Origin: a virus
Length of the DNA stretch: 64,000 nt
Strand: one strand, 5' to 3'
IMG/VR virus record: IMGVR_UViG_3300035703_000034
Location: 1 to 64,000 of that record
This document shows positions 10,601 to 20,201 of the stretch, one piece after another. Numbering within the stretch: position 1 is the stretch's first letter; every line of letters begins with the position of its first letter. A program made the translations under genes and the position numbers. The notes below the pieces were generated by a model that was given only the letters and a program-made list of their open reading frames with translations, did not search any database and had not been told where the DNA came from.

Positions 10601-12344
10601 GGACCTCTACGTCCAGGCCCGGCTGCAGGCCCTCGGCTACGCGAGCGAGCTGCAGCTCGCGGGGGTGGCGTCGAGCGCGCAGCCGCCTGCCGCGCGTGAG
10701 AGCCAGCGGGCGGTGCTGGCCTTCCAGCAGCGCGCGGCGCAGCTCGTGCGCGAGGCGGCGCGCAAGGCGCTGGTGGCGCAGCAGCGCCCGGACATCCCGG
10801 CGCTGGTGGACGCACGCCTCGCGCAGCTGCTGCCGCTGGTGCGCCAGGCGCTGCCGGACCCCGCGGCGGGCGTGTCGGCCCACAAGGACGTGTTCTACGT
10901 GCGGTCCACGGCGCTCGACCGCGCGCAGCTCGGCACCGTCTTGCCGCTGCTCGGCGACAGCGTGCTCAACGCGCTCGCCGCGGGCCGCCCGCGCGATCAC
11001 CGGATGGCGCTGGCGATGCTCATCCCCGTCACGCCCGAGCCCGGCAACCGGCGGCTGTCGCTGCAGGTCGTGCGCGCCCGCCAGGGTCGCCTGTATGAAA
11101 ACCTGCGCGCCACGGACCTCGAGCGCCACCTGGCCCAGACCACCGACCCCGTGCTGCGCCAGCGGCTGCAGGAGGCCGCCGCCAAGTCGCGCGCGCGGGA
11201 GCGCGACAAGCGCGAGAAAGAAACGGCCGGCGAGAATGCGATCACCCGCCGCAACGGCCCCGCGCCGCTGCCCACGGCCGAGCGACCCGCGCCGTCCGGC
11301 GACATGGCAGCCGCCGAGCAACAGGCCGCGCGCGGCGTGCTCCCCCCGGAGCTCGCGGCCATCCCGCGCCCTCCCGCCCCCGTCGTTGCGACGCTCGTCA
11401 GCGCGGACACCACCGCCTTGCCGGCCGCGCCCGCCGCAGCCCGGGCGACGGTGCCGCTGACCGGGAGCGCGCGCACGGTCACGAGCCTGCTTTCAGGCGA
11501 TCGCGGGCGGCCGGACTTCCGGCGGCTGGGCATCGCGCTGCCCTACCGCGTCCTCAACGCCAGCAGCCAGGCCGACTCGGGCCCGAACCTCGCCACCATC
11601 TCGCTGTGCAACGAGGACCTGAGCGCCCAGCACGCCTTCCCGATCGACCTCGGGCACGACTACGGGGCGCTCTACGACAACGGCGGCCAGTACCGCTATA
11701 ATCAGTTCATCCTAACAGGTGTTCAAGAGGTTCACTCCGAGAAGTTCCAGATAGTCGACACCCTGTCCGACGGCTTCATCACCTTTGCATTTGGGGAGAA
11801 GCCGGAGGTCTGGAGCATCAGCGGCGTGTTGATCAACGACGTGGTGTCGGACCAGGTCGGGAAGTTCCGGCACCTGTTCCACGAGTACCTGCGGGTGTCC
11901 GTCCTCGCGCAGCAGCGCCGCAAGATGGTGATCACGGTGCCGGCGATCGGCTACCAGATGTTCGGGTACGCCGTGGCCTTCGCGCCGCAGCACAGCAGCG
12001 AGAACGAGACCGTCGTGCCCTTCACCTTGCAGTTCATCAAGACCGACGTGCGCCCGCTGCCGTTCTTCAAGGTGTACGGCTCGAAGAGCCTGCCGATGTC
12101 GGGCTTCTTGCAGAAGCTCGCCGAGCAGGTGCACCCCACGCCGGCCGAGGACCCGCGGGCCACGAAGCCGCCGGCCCCGGGGGCGGGCGCCAAAGCGGTG
12201 CAGAAGGCCCAGGCCGACGGCCTGCCTGGCCTCGCGCAGGAGGCGGCCGCCGTCGTCGAGCGCGGCCGGGCCTTCGGGACGCAGCTGACGCAGCAGGTCG
12301 CCGGGTTCTTCGCGGGCCTCAACCCCTTCGCCGGACGAGGCTGA
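7617..12344 (+). CDS. Large virion/baseplate protein with repeated beta domains and C-terminal tube-initiator-like domain
   Basis: Repeated 'V-x-x-(G/N/D)-D-x-(V/L/F)' modules. C-terminal 'FILTGVQEVHSEKFQIVDT...FAFGEKPEVWSISGVL' resembles tube-like baseplate proteins. Confidence 0.55.
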   Translation: MPDLTPEQQNIEDEVASWAQAEPLRAIANYAIKVLEAQHRRNVQELPAGAGSSVRFRAIRGLQPLAPFAASPLPAELRAYMHEPEVAAAATGAVLRSSPNLAVYHGATQRVTLTRTGTRLQATGLTTPRPPANRTCYLSLRKRPDTTGLRALQTVLQAEAAQLTAAVLEPTVLTARRAERLWSGAPVEWPVVSGTEARVLRNATQAPYLTLVDPDVAFTGLVQVNDWVTLVARTRSPQTEPAAVAGVYKVRQVGLESVVLEGVRYTRTSEGVFEPSTDPVPVSVDTRVDWAVTRSRAAGFYLRDPLQTFSQVRANDWLHLSEGTWAGTYQVRAVLAPGLLELGGVRHTGSGAPYAAQSGTPATGEELKPLYRLTRTQSPSMQTFQLRVPGAALAAVRADDVVELAVRSGPLEPTTLPTVTPGYFRVLAVAGDRLTLDNRRLTRASNRFTSTDTYVYQSFVDWAGLTVWREGATYPYAAAEAGEELLFEVLPREADDAADMWRLSLQRPLTSYDEDTLTLRASTGAPLPDDAFTDAVDARMLVAYGPSVALAHTAAALAGVQGGDFVHVTRRAGDPSGGAVPNRINHAVLRVAPREPGLAHLVLLERTLYKGLDLDETPTQYAPYTADTALQDNRWWTAVAYRAVRVPPASEATYDRVVLVGLGAGAYEAVAPGDWFVLNATSSAQSRTALSADQRQLLGRQFWQVLSKAQVGTQRVVTLQPTSASYVSSEREALATQTAVSLADLAAPTPVMARRAGAFKVSVSARGLRRAPFTTYVQLANLVAVPAPGDLFRFTYGTTPAVFVAINTGQATPGRVRLNPVAVTALPDDRFAIETANQLTLDVPDAAVDRTTLQWLRVTNQLVRVQAYLEAYTRVYQARGEAARLAEARGAVEALFSPKLDAATQLTLLATALRQVLELAPDLGVTYGGFADGQATRLPGTAVTGATLAATLLDASQARSNAAWRDHSTVQATVALLADADLSAYLQLRTPQDLKDLYVQARLQALGYASELQLAGVASSAQPPAARESQRAVLAFQQRAAQLVREAARKALVAQQRPDIPALVDARLAQLLPLVRQALPDPAAGVSAHKDVFYVRSTALDRAQLGTVLPLLGDSVLNALAAGRPRDHRMALAMLIPVTPEPGNRRLSLQVVRARQGRLYENLRATDLERHLAQTTDPVLRQRLQEAAAKSRARERDKREKETAGENAITRRNGPAPLPTAERPAPSGDMAAAEQQAARGVLPPELAAIPRPPAPVVATLVSADTTALPAAPAAARATVPLTGSARTVTSLLSGDRGRPDFRRLGIALPYRVLNASSQADSGPNLATISLCNEDLSAQHAFPIDLGHDYGALYDNGGQYRYNQFILTGVQEVHSEKFQIVDTLSDGFITFAFGEKPEVWSISGVLINDVVSDQVGKFRHLFHEYLRVSVLAQQRRKMVITVPAIGYQMFGYAVAFAPQHSSENETVVPFTLQFIKTDVRPLPFFKVYGSKSLPMSGFLQKLAEQVHPTPAEDPRATKPPAPGAGAKAVQKAQADGLPGLAQEAAAVVERGRAFGTQLTQQVAGFFAGLNPFAGRG

Positions 12345-12350
12345 GCCCCC

Positions 12351-13799
12351 ATGCAGCAGGTCGTCTTCGAGCCGTGGCTGGTCGGCACCACGCAGGCAAC
12401 GCTCAGCTGGCGCATCGAGCGCCCGGAGGACGCGCCGCCGCTCGCCGCCGTGCGCCACCGTCTCTGGCGTGACCGCGAGACGCCCGTCTGGCAGGTGGCC
12501 CCCGACGCCGCGCTCACGGGCAGCGCCACCCACGACGTCACCAACTTCCAGGGCATGTTGCGTGGCGAGGTCGCCCTGGTGGACGCGCTCGGCCAGGTCG
12601 AGACCTTCCTGACCGAGATCGCCGTCAGCAACCGCGTCGCGGCGAGCGCGCCCGACTGGCTGGCCCTGGTCGCGCAGACCGACACCCACGTGACGCTGCG
12701 CTGGGGCCAGCGCTACGCCTCCGAGACGACCGTCAGCTGGCTCGTCTACGCGCAGGCCCTGGACGCCCCCTGGCAGCTGGTCGCGCTGCTGTCGAGCGAC
12801 ACGCTCGAGGCCACCGTGCCGTGGGACGCGAGCCGCAGTGTGCTCTTCGAGGTGCGTGGCTCGGACGCGCAGGGCCGTGAGGCTGCGGGCGGCCGGCTGC
12901 AGCTCTCCGCGCGCACGGGCGCGACGGCCGCCTTCGGACCCCTCAGCCTGACGGCCACCGAGCTGCTGACGACCCTCGTCGTGGCAGAGGGCACCGCCTA
13001 CACGGCGCTCAGCTGGCGCGTGCTCGACGGCACGGCGGTGCTCGCGAGCGGCACCGCGCCCGGCCCCGTGCGCGCCGTCATCGCCAACTACCAGGGCACG
13101 CTGGACCTCGAGGCCACCGTCGTCGACGGGGCGGGCCGCACCCACCAGCTCGCGCAGCAGGTGCGCGTCTTCAACCGGATGCCGCGCCGGCCGGTGATCA
13201 CGCTGCACAGCCTGGGGGACGACTTCATCCGGCTGAGCGTGTCGGCCGACCCCGCGGACCGGGCGACGGTCGGCTACCTCGACCTCGAAGGCCTCGGCCT
13301 CACGGTGCGCAAGGCCGCACCCACGCTGCACACCTACGCCGGGCTGCAGCCGGACACGGCCTACGCCTTCCGGGCCCGCGCCATCACGCCGGGCGGCATG
13401 TCCGGCCCCTGGTCGCCCGAGTTCACGGTGCGCACGCTGCAGGACTTCCGGGCGGCCACCCCCGGCCCGAGCCCGCTGGTGCCCGGGCCCCTCCTCGCCC
13501 AGATCACGCCGTGGCTGCAGGGCGCGCTCGGGCAGTTCTTCTTGCAGATCGTCAGCGACACGCGCATCCGCGACCCGCTCAGCACGCAGGTCGTGGACGC
13601 GCCCGACGAGCTCGTGCCCTTCATGACCATGGTCGCCCCCGTGCTGCCCGTGCTCGGCGACGTCATGCGCGAGGAGCTGCCGGACCAGGCGTCCTACGAG
13701 GCCTCGCTGCTGGTCGACCGGCTGAGCGACCCGATCAGCAAGCTGGCCGCGCTGACGGAGCGCCTCGTCTACGGCAGCATCGCGAACCGAGGGGGTTGA
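12351..13799 (+). CDS. Fibronectin type III/Ig-like repeat virion protein
   Basis: 'GLQPDTAYAFRARAITPGGMSGPWS' is an FN3 signature. Several similar beta-sandwich segments. Confidence 0.65.
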   Translation: MQQVVFEPWLVGTTQATLSWRIERPEDAPPLAAVRHRLWRDRETPVWQVAPDAALTGSATHDVTNFQGMLRGEVALVDALGQVETFLTEIAVSNRVAASAPDWLALVAQTDTHVTLRWGQRYASETTVSWLVYAQALDAPWQLVALLSSDTLEATVPWDASRSVLFEVRGSDAQGREAAGGRLQLSARTGATAAFGPLSLTATELLTTLVVAEGTAYTALSWRVLDGTAVLASGTAPGPVRAVIANYQGTLDLEATVVDGAGRTHQLAQQVRVFNRMPRRPVITLHSLGDDFIRLSVSADPADRATVGYLDLEGLGLTVRKAAPTLHTYAGLQPDTAYAFRARAITPGGMSGPWSPEFTVRTLQDFRAATPGPSPLVPGPLLAQITPWLQGALGQFFLQIVSDTRIRDPLSTQVVDAPDELVPFMTMVAPVLPVLGDVMREELPDQASYEASLLVDRLSDPISKLAALTERLVYGSIANRGG

Positions 13800-13801
13800 C
13801 C

Positions 13802-16800
13802 GTGGCGAGCCGCACCGTCACCAGCGCCTACGACATGACCCACAAGGTGGGCCTCTACGTCGAGGGCGTCCGCATCGCCTTCACGAGCGCCCAGCTCATG
13901 ATCGAGGACGGCGTGCTGCCGAAGCTGGCCTTCAGCGTGCCCGCCACGCCCGAGATGCGCCGCCTCAACCAGCGCGCCCGCGTCCACCTCATCGTCCAGG
14001 AGCCTGTCCGCAAGGAAAACGTCGTCATGTTCGAGGGCGAGATCCAAAGTCGCGGCTTCGCCAAGACCTCCGAGTCCCGCGAGCTGTCCTTCACCGCCGG
14101 CCACGTGCTGCACCACTTCGACGCCTACGAGATCACGGCCCTGGATCAGATCAGCTACCTGGACGCGCTGATGAACGGCGAGAAGGACCAGTCCACCGTG
14201 CTGGGCAGCGCCACCGGCAACATGCTGGAGTACTTCACGCCCCCGCGCCTCATCGAGCTCCTCAAGCGCCAGCGCGCCCAGGAGGTCGTCCCCGAGCTGC
14301 GCACCATCCCCAAGGACCTGACGGAGCGCGACCTCTCCATCTCGCAGTTCATCATCGGCGCCTTCTTGCTCTACGACCAGATCTTCAGCAACAGCCGCCT
14401 GAAGGAAACCTACACCTACGACGCCGTCCACTTCCACCAGCTCATCAGCCGCGTGCGCGGCCCGAGCGTCAACCTGCTGCGTTGGAACGACTTCTACACC
14501 GAGCTGATGACCAGCTTCCTCACCACCGGCCTCCAGCAGATCGGCGGGCGCATGACCTTCTTCGACCTCATCCGCACCGTCTGTCAGAACTTCCTCTACC
14601 AGGTCTCGGTCATCCCCAACGCCGAGTCGTTCACCAAGCAGCTGCAGATCAAGCCGCTGACCCACTTCAACGCCATCCCGCGCTGCAACGTCATCTTCCC
14701 GTGCATGTCCACGGACTACCAGTTCCAGGAGCACCTCCAGCACAAGCCCACGCGCCTGCGCACGGTCTTCTTGCCCCCGACGGTGCCCAACGCCGACCCG
14801 AACGCCATCCGCGCCATCCGCGCCCACTTCACCGTGTTCGCGCCGACCGAGCTGCAGTACCGCTGGCGCGAGATCGTCGACAAGTCGAGCGCCGCCAGCG
14901 CCCAGCAGGCTGCGGCTGCGCTGAAAAAGGCCCAGGACGAGAAGGACAAGGACAAGACCCCCGTGCGCGACGCTGCGGGCCGCACGCCCCCCGCGCTGCC
15001 GTCGGCCGCCGACAACCTGCCGTTCTTGACGCTCGAGGAGGATCGCCGCGGCATCGTGGCGTCGGACTACACGCTCCCGCCCCTGCTCGCGAAGACCCTG
15101 CTGACCAACATCTTGCGGCAGCCGAGCACCACAACCATCTCGCTGGCGGCCACCATCTCGCCGACGGCCACCCCCGAGGAGGCCGCGCAGCGCGTCTACG
15201 AGATCCTGCGCGGCAGCGAGCCGAAGGACGCGCTGACCCGCTTCTACGCGTTCATGTGCATGGCGCTCGGGGACGGCGATGGCCTCGATCGCAAGCGCTT
15301 CTCGAAGGCGCGGGCCATCCCGGACGCCGCGACGGTGCCCTTCCCACAGGCCGGCAAGCACGTCAAGAAGGTGCGCGACACCGCCACGGGGGCGGCGGAG
15401 ATGGTGCCGAACCGCTTCACGGTCATGACCCTCCCCACCGTCATGAACGCGGCGACCAGCCTGCGGAACCTGCCGGACGAGGCACGCGTCTGCGGGGCCA
15501 ACTACGTCGTCGGCCAGGACGGCACGATCTTCGAGACGGGCACGCGCGAGTACCGGCTGTTCCAGGAGTCGACGGCCTTGCCCTTCGGCATCCGCATCCA
15601 GGACGCCGGCGCGGCGGACGCCAAGTACCTCAACAGCCAGATCCCGCCGCGCGGCACGAGCTTCAACACGTGGATCGCGTCGCAGGCGCTCGTCGTGCAA
15701 GGGCCGCTCTGGGTCACCAGCACGCCGGGCGCGCCGCGCACCAACACCTTCACGCTCCGCTCCACGAGCACCCACGTGAAGTTCGTCTCCGGCAGCCTGC
15801 AGGGCGCCAACAACCCGCTGGTGGCGGCGCTGTCGGACCTCACCAACAACCCGGCGACCTTGTGGGTCGAGGGCTTCGGACCCGCCACCCTGGCCGAGCG
15901 CGCCCGCGTCACGGGCTTCTCGGTGGCCGGCGACGCCTTCACCTTCACGCTCGACCGCGCCGTGATCCCCCGCAACACGACCCTCTACGCGAGCCTCCGG
16001 TTCGACAAGGACCTGGCGTTCAACCCGGCCAAGCCCTTCTTCGTGCTCGACGGCGCGGCGGCCGGCAAGCCGGTGGCGATCAGCGCGAAGGCCCTGAACG
16101 ACAAGCTCGCCGTGGCCGCGACCAGCCCGACGCTCGACGCCACGATCGCCCTGTCCGATCGCGAGGTCAGCGGCGGCCCCACCGGCAACCTCGTGATCGC
16201 CGCCTGCCTGTCACCCACCCAGGGCACGACGCTGACGCCCGCCCAGATCGAGGCCATCGGCTACCTCGTCGCCGCCGTGCGCGGCCTGAACGCCGAGCGC
16301 GTCGCGACGGCGGCCAAGAGCGTGATCTACCCGGCGGGCTTCAGCGAGACCGCCCGCGTCCGGCTGGTGCAGGACCACTACGGGAACGCCTCGCCGTTCC
16401 CGCGGGCGCGCGTGCTCGATGCGGGCGCGCGCCAGGCGATCGAGAGCAAGGCGAAGGCGTACGAGAAGCTGCTGCTCGAGGCGTTCCTGGCCTGGGATCG
16501 CGAGATCGCCGCGGCGAGCGTCGACACGACGGGTGTGCTGCAGAACGTCGACCCCACGGCGGCGAGCGCCAACAACGAGCCACCGCTGGACCCCGCGTCG
16601 GCGCCGGATGCCGGGTCGACCAGCGTGCGCACGGCCGCGCCGACCGTCGAGGCCGTCGTGCAGTCGAACGCCACGCTGCGCCCGGACGACATCTACAAGA
16701 AGGGCGAGCTGAACCGCTACGTCGAGAACTACATCGCGGCCTTCTTGAACGTGCAGTTCCAGCTCGCGCGCGTGGCGACGCAGAGCTTCACGGGCGAGTG

Positions 16801-17815
16801 CGCGTTCAACCCCTACGCCACCGTCGGCTACCCTTGCTTGATTCTGGACACGGCCAAGGTCGGCTACGACCTGGTCGGCTACCTGCATGCGGCCTCGTAC
16901 AGCTTCACGCCGGAGTCCGCGCGCTGCTCGTTCACCTACACGCACCTGCGTCAAGCGACCGTTCACCCGGGGCAAAACAGCAGCCACCCGAGCCTGCGCG
17001 AGCCGCTCATCCCCTTCAAGAAGCCCATCACCAACCAGCTCCTGTACATCATGCCGGAGAACGTGCGCGCGTACCGCACGGTGACCGAGCTCGAGCTGCA
17101 CCTGCGCAAGACCTACCCCGAGCTCGTCATCCCGTCCTCGCACCTGCCCATCCAGCTGCTCGGCGTCCGCCGGTCCGCGACCGACAACGCCTCGCGGTTC
17201 AGCCCGCCGCCCTTCATGTACAACGGCAGCTGGGGCCTCAAGGACTTCGTCAGCGCCACCGACACGCGCACCCCCGACCCCATGCAGGCCGCCTCGCGGG
17301 ACTTCAGCATGTACGCCGTCACCGTCGGCTACAACGCCGCCGAGAACAACATGACCCTGCAGCGCACCGACCCGGCGGGCGACCAGCACTTCATCTTCGC
17401 CGACACGCTCACGCAGATGGACGCCGTGCGCGACCACACCCTGGCTGAGGCTTATAAGTACGTGTACCGGGGCATCCAGCGCGTGGGCCAGAACAGCCTC
17501 ACCCGCGGCCAGGCTTCTGTCGTCGACTGGGCCGTCGACCCCGAGATTCACAGCGACGTCCCCGACCCCCACGCCGTCGGCACCGCCAAGACCACGACGG
17601 ACGACCCGACGCACGCGGCCGCGCGGGCGGCCGCCATGCCGGACTACCTGACGGTCTACGCCGCCTCGCCCACCGTCAGCGACAAGGGCACGGTGGTCAA
17701 GCAGGGTCGCCCGCTGCAGTTCGACGTGACGCTGCAGGCGGCCGTCGAGGCGCACAACGACCGCATCCGCGGCAACCGCGCTTTCCGGGACGGCGACGGC
17801 GACGACACGGCGTAG
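13802..17815 (+). CDS. Baseplate hub-like protein with degenerate amidase-like insert
   Basis: GTG at 13802 after a GAGGGGG RBS. N-terminal 'LYVEGVRI...FEGEI' and C-terminal 'FNPYATVGYPCLILD...GYLHAASYSF' resemble hub proteins. Confidence 0.55.
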   Translation: MASRTVTSAYDMTHKVGLYVEGVRIAFTSAQLMIEDGVLPKLAFSVPATPEMRRLNQRARVHLIVQEPVRKENVVMFEGEIQSRGFAKTSESRELSFTAGHVLHHFDAYEITALDQISYLDALMNGEKDQSTVLGSATGNMLEYFTPPRLIELLKRQRAQEVVPELRTIPKDLTERDLSISQFIIGAFLLYDQIFSNSRLKETYTYDAVHFHQLISRVRGPSVNLLRWNDFYTELMTSFLTTGLQQIGGRMTFFDLIRTVCQNFLYQVSVIPNAESFTKQLQIKPLTHFNAIPRCNVIFPCMSTDYQFQEHLQHKPTRLRTVFLPPTVPNADPNAIRAIRAHFTVFAPTELQYRWREIVDKSSAASAQQAAAALKKAQDEKDKDKTPVRDAAGRTPPALPSAADNLPFLTLEEDRRGIVASDYTLPPLLAKTLLTNILRQPSTTTISLAATISPTATPEEAAQRVYEILRGSEPKDALTRFYAFMCMALGDGDGLDRKRFSKARAIPDAATVPFPQAGKHVKKVRDTATGAAEMVPNRFTVMTLPTVMNAATSLRNLPDEARVCGANYVVGQDGTIFETGTREYRLFQESTALPFGIRIQDAGAADAKYLNSQIPPRGTSFNTWIASQALVVQGPLWVTSTPGAPRTNTFTLRSTSTHVKFVSGSLQGANNPLVAALSDLTNNPATLWVEGFGPATLAERARVTGFSVAGDAFTFTLDRAVIPRNTTLYASLRFDKDLAFNPAKPFFVLDGAAAGKPVAISAKALNDKLAVAATSPTLDATIALSDREVSGGPTGNLVIAACLSPTQGTTLTPAQIEAIGYLVAAVRGLNAERVATAAKSVIYPAGFSETARVRLVQDHYGNASPFPRARVLDAGARQAIESKAKAYEKLLLEAFLAWDREIAAASVDTTGVLQNVDPTAASANNEPPLDPASAPDAGSTSVRTAAPTVEAVVQSNATLRPDDIYKKGELNRYVENYIAAFLNVQFQLARVATQSFTGECAFNPYATVGYPCLILDTAKVGYDLVGYLHAASYSFTPESARCSFTYTHLRQATVHPGQNSSHPSLREPLIPFKKPITNQLLYIMPENVRAYRTVTELELHLRKTYPELVIPSSHLPIQLLGVRRSATDNASRFSPPPFMYNGSWGLKDFVSATDTRTPDPMQAASRDFSMYAVTVGYNAAENNMTLQRTDPAGDQHFIFADTLTQMDAVRDHTLAEAYKYVYRGIQRVGQNSLTRGQASVVDWAVDPEIHSDVPDPHAVGTAKTTTDDPTHAAARAAAMPDYLTVYAASPTVSDKGTVVKQGRPLQFDVTLQAAVEAHNDRIRGNRAFRDGDGDDTA

Positions 17816-17824
17816 CGCAGCGAT

Positions 17825-17832
17825 CGATAATC
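17825..17832 (+). promoter_or_regulatory. Putative phage promoter motif variant CGATAATC
   Basis: Intergenic, upstream of a GGAGG RBS and the 17850 start. Confidence 0.45.
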
Positions 17833-17849
17833 TACTTGGAGGCAGACGC

Positions 17850-18494
17850 ATGCAACCGCCCATCAGTCCGGACATGAGAGAGCGCGAGCTCGGCGATCGC
17901 ATCGGGTTCTGGGGCGCGACGGCCGGCACCGCCGCCGTCGCCGCCACCCAGCAGCCCAAGGTCCGACAGCTGCTCGGCCTGGCGGTGAAGGCCGCCGGGC
18001 TCGGCGAGGCCTTCGACCCGCTCGACGCGCAGCACCAGCAGTGGCTCGCGCAGCACGTCGCGCGGCAGAAGCAGGCCACCTTGCACGCCTGGCAGGGCCT
18101 GCCTGCCGATCGGCAAGCGCAGACGCGCGGGGCCGTCAAACAGGCGTTGAACGCGTTTGACGACGTGCTCGCCTACGGCCGCTACGCCGAGAAGGTCGCC
18201 CGGGTGGCGATGACGCCCCAGATGGTCGCCGACCTCGACCTCGAGGGCCACCTCGCGCTGGCCGACCTGCGCGACAAGACGACCTTCCGCGCCGCGCTGG
18301 GGCTCGGGGCCGGCAGCCTGGCTGGCGGCATGCTCGCGCGCAAGGGGCCGGTGCCGTCGTTCGCGATGCCGGCCGGCGCCCTGCTCGGCGGGCTCGCGGG
18401 CGGCATGTTGGGCGTCGCCTCCGTGCCGACGCACCGCGAGCTCTCGAACATCTACCTGCAGAGCATGGCGCGCCAGCGGCGCATGGCCCCATGA
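17850..18494 (+). CDS. Glycine-zipper membrane protein, KxA-motif family
   Basis: C-terminal GxxxG hairpin. Contains VKAA, QKQA and EKVA motifs. Confidence 0.6.
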   Translation: MQPPISPDMRERELGDRIGFWGATAGTAAVAATQQPKVRQLLGLAVKAAGLGEAFDPLDAQHQQWLAQHVARQKQATLHAWQGLPADRQAQTRGAVKQALNAFDDVLAYGRYAEKVARVAMTPQMVADLDLEGHLALADLRDKTTFRAALGLGAGSLAGGMLARKGPVPSFAMPAGALLGGLAGGMLGVASVPTHRELSNIYLQSMARQRRMAP

Positions 18495-19249
18495 CCCACC
18501 CCTGGCTCGCCCTGGTCCAGGAACGCCGTGCGGCCGCCAGCCTCAAGCAGGCCGCGGCGCAGCGGCCCGCGCCGCCTGCGGCGGCCACCCCGCTCGCGAG
18601 CACCTACGCCCAGTACCACCCGCTCATCCAGAAGACCGTGCACCAGTGGTCCGGCTCCGGCCTGCCCGCGATCGTGCTCGAGGCGGAGGCCAAGCGCCTG
18701 GTGGCGCAGGGCCTGAGCTCGTACGACCCGGCCAAGGGCACCCAGCTCTCGACCCACCTGATGAGCCACCTGCGGCAGATGGACGCCTTCGTGAACACCT
18801 ACGGCCCCGCCATCCGGGTGCCGCAGGACCGGGCGCTCGCGCAGCGGCGGGTCGGCACGATCACAGCCGAGTACGAGAACCGGTTCAACCGGGCGCCCAC
18901 GCCCCAGGAGCTCTCCGCGCAGCTGGGCGTGCCCGTCCACAACCTCGGCAGCCTGCACCGGCAGCAGGTCAACCTCTACTCGAAGGCGCAGGCCGGTGGC
19001 TTCGCGCAGCCCGTGCGCGAGGACCTGAGCGCGCATCAGATCGCGCTCGACTACGTGTACCACGACCTGCCCGCCACGCACCGGCAGGTGTTCGCGTACA
19101 GCCTCGGCTACAACGGCGCGCCGAAGCTGACGCCCGGCGCGATCGCCACCCAGCTCAACCTGTCGCCCGCGCGCGTGTCCCAGCTCAAGGCCGACATTGC
19201 GGAGCGCACGCGGCGCTACGGGCGCGCCGTCGAGAGTCTGATGGCCTGA
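18491..19249 (+). CDS. Sigma-70-family (FliA/WhiG-like) RNA polymerase sigma factor
   Basis: Region 2 'SYDPAKGTQLSTH', region 3 'RAPTPQELSAQLGV', region 4 HTH 'LTPGAIATQLNLSPARVSQL'. Confidence 0.8.
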   Translation: MTHPWLALVQERRAAASLKQAAAQRPAPPAAATPLASTYAQYHPLIQKTVHQWSGSGLPAIVLEAEAKRLVAQGLSSYDPAKGTQLSTHLMSHLRQMDAFVNTYGPAIRVPQDRALAQRRVGTITAEYENRFNRAPTPQELSAQLGVPVHNLGSLHRQQVNLYSKAQAGGFAQPVREDLSAHQIALDYVYHDLPATHRQVFAYSLGYNGAPKLTPGAIATQLNLSPARVSQLKADIAERTRRYGRAVESLMA

Positions 19250-19286
19250 TGCCCGATCGGCGTATCATTCAACAGGAAGTCTCGTC

Positions 19287-20192
19287 ATGCGTAAAACGGC
19301 CTACTTGACCCACCTCCCGTTCGATCCCATCACCGAAGGCGAGGAGGCACAGGCCACGTCGCCCTTCCCGGTCGATGCGCACGGGCGACCGATGACGATG
19401 CTCCAGGCGTACTACCAGGCCCGCCCGCTCAACCCGCTGCTGCCGATGCCCGCGTTCGAGCCGAGTGACGCCTACTGGCACACCATGCTCTTACGCGCAC
19501 AGCTGCGGCAGCAACACCAGGGACTGGGGGAACTGATGCGACCCATCGACTTGTACCGCGTCAAGCGCGCGACCGAAGAAGCCCACCGGTACGACGACCG
19601 GATCGACCCCATCTTGCTGCACCCGCTGCTCTCCGCGCGGCCCAAGACGCTCGACGAGCTGGGCGATCGGCGGCAGGAGTACAACATCGGCCTCGGTGCC
19701 GGCGGCACCATCGGCGCGTTGGGCGGGGCCGCGCTCGGCATGATGGCCCGGAAGTTCTACCCGAAAGGCCCGGCGCTCATCCCGGCCGCGGGGGCGCTGA
19801 CGGGCGCCGCGACGGGAGCCGGCCTGGCGCTCTGGCCGACGACCATCAAGCGCTTCATGTCGAACGTGGACCGCCACGATCGGGCCGTCAAGGACTTCGA
19901 AGACATGACGGGCAAGGAGCTTTCCTTCACGACCCGTCACCCGTACCTGACGGACGCGGGCGCTGCGATCGGGGGCGGACTCGCCGGCATGGCCATCGGC
20001 GCGGCGGTGGGCGGCATGACCGGACACGGCGCGGTGCGCGGGGCGTTCATGGGCAACATCGGCGGATCGATCATGGGCCCGTTGCTCAGCATGGGTGCAC
20101 AGGCGGGCCGCAAGGACGAGGTGGGGCCGTACATCGACCCGAAGCGCCTGCGCGGCTACGGCTACACGCTCTGGGATCACTACGAGGATTGA
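19287..20192 (+). CDS. Glycine-zipper membrane protein with HPYL module
   Basis: Two GxxxG hairpins separated by 'HDRAVKDFEDMTGKELSFTTRHPYL'. Contains KTA and KRA motifs. Confidence 0.7.
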   Translation: MRKTAYLTHLPFDPITEGEEAQATSPFPVDAHGRPMTMLQAYYQARPLNPLLPMPAFEPSDAYWHTMLLRAQLRQQHQGLGELMRPIDLYRVKRATEEAHRYDDRIDPILLHPLLSARPKTLDELGDRRQEYNIGLGAGGTIGALGGAALGMMARKFYPKGPALIPAAGALTGAATGAGLALWPTTIKRFMSNVDRHDRAVKDFEDMTGKELSFTTRHPYLTDAGAAIGGGLAGMAIGAAVGGMTGHGAVRGAFMGNIGGSIMGPLLSMGAQAGRKDEVGPYIDPKRLRGYGYTLWDHYED

Positions 20193-20201
20193 GGCTTGAC
20201 C

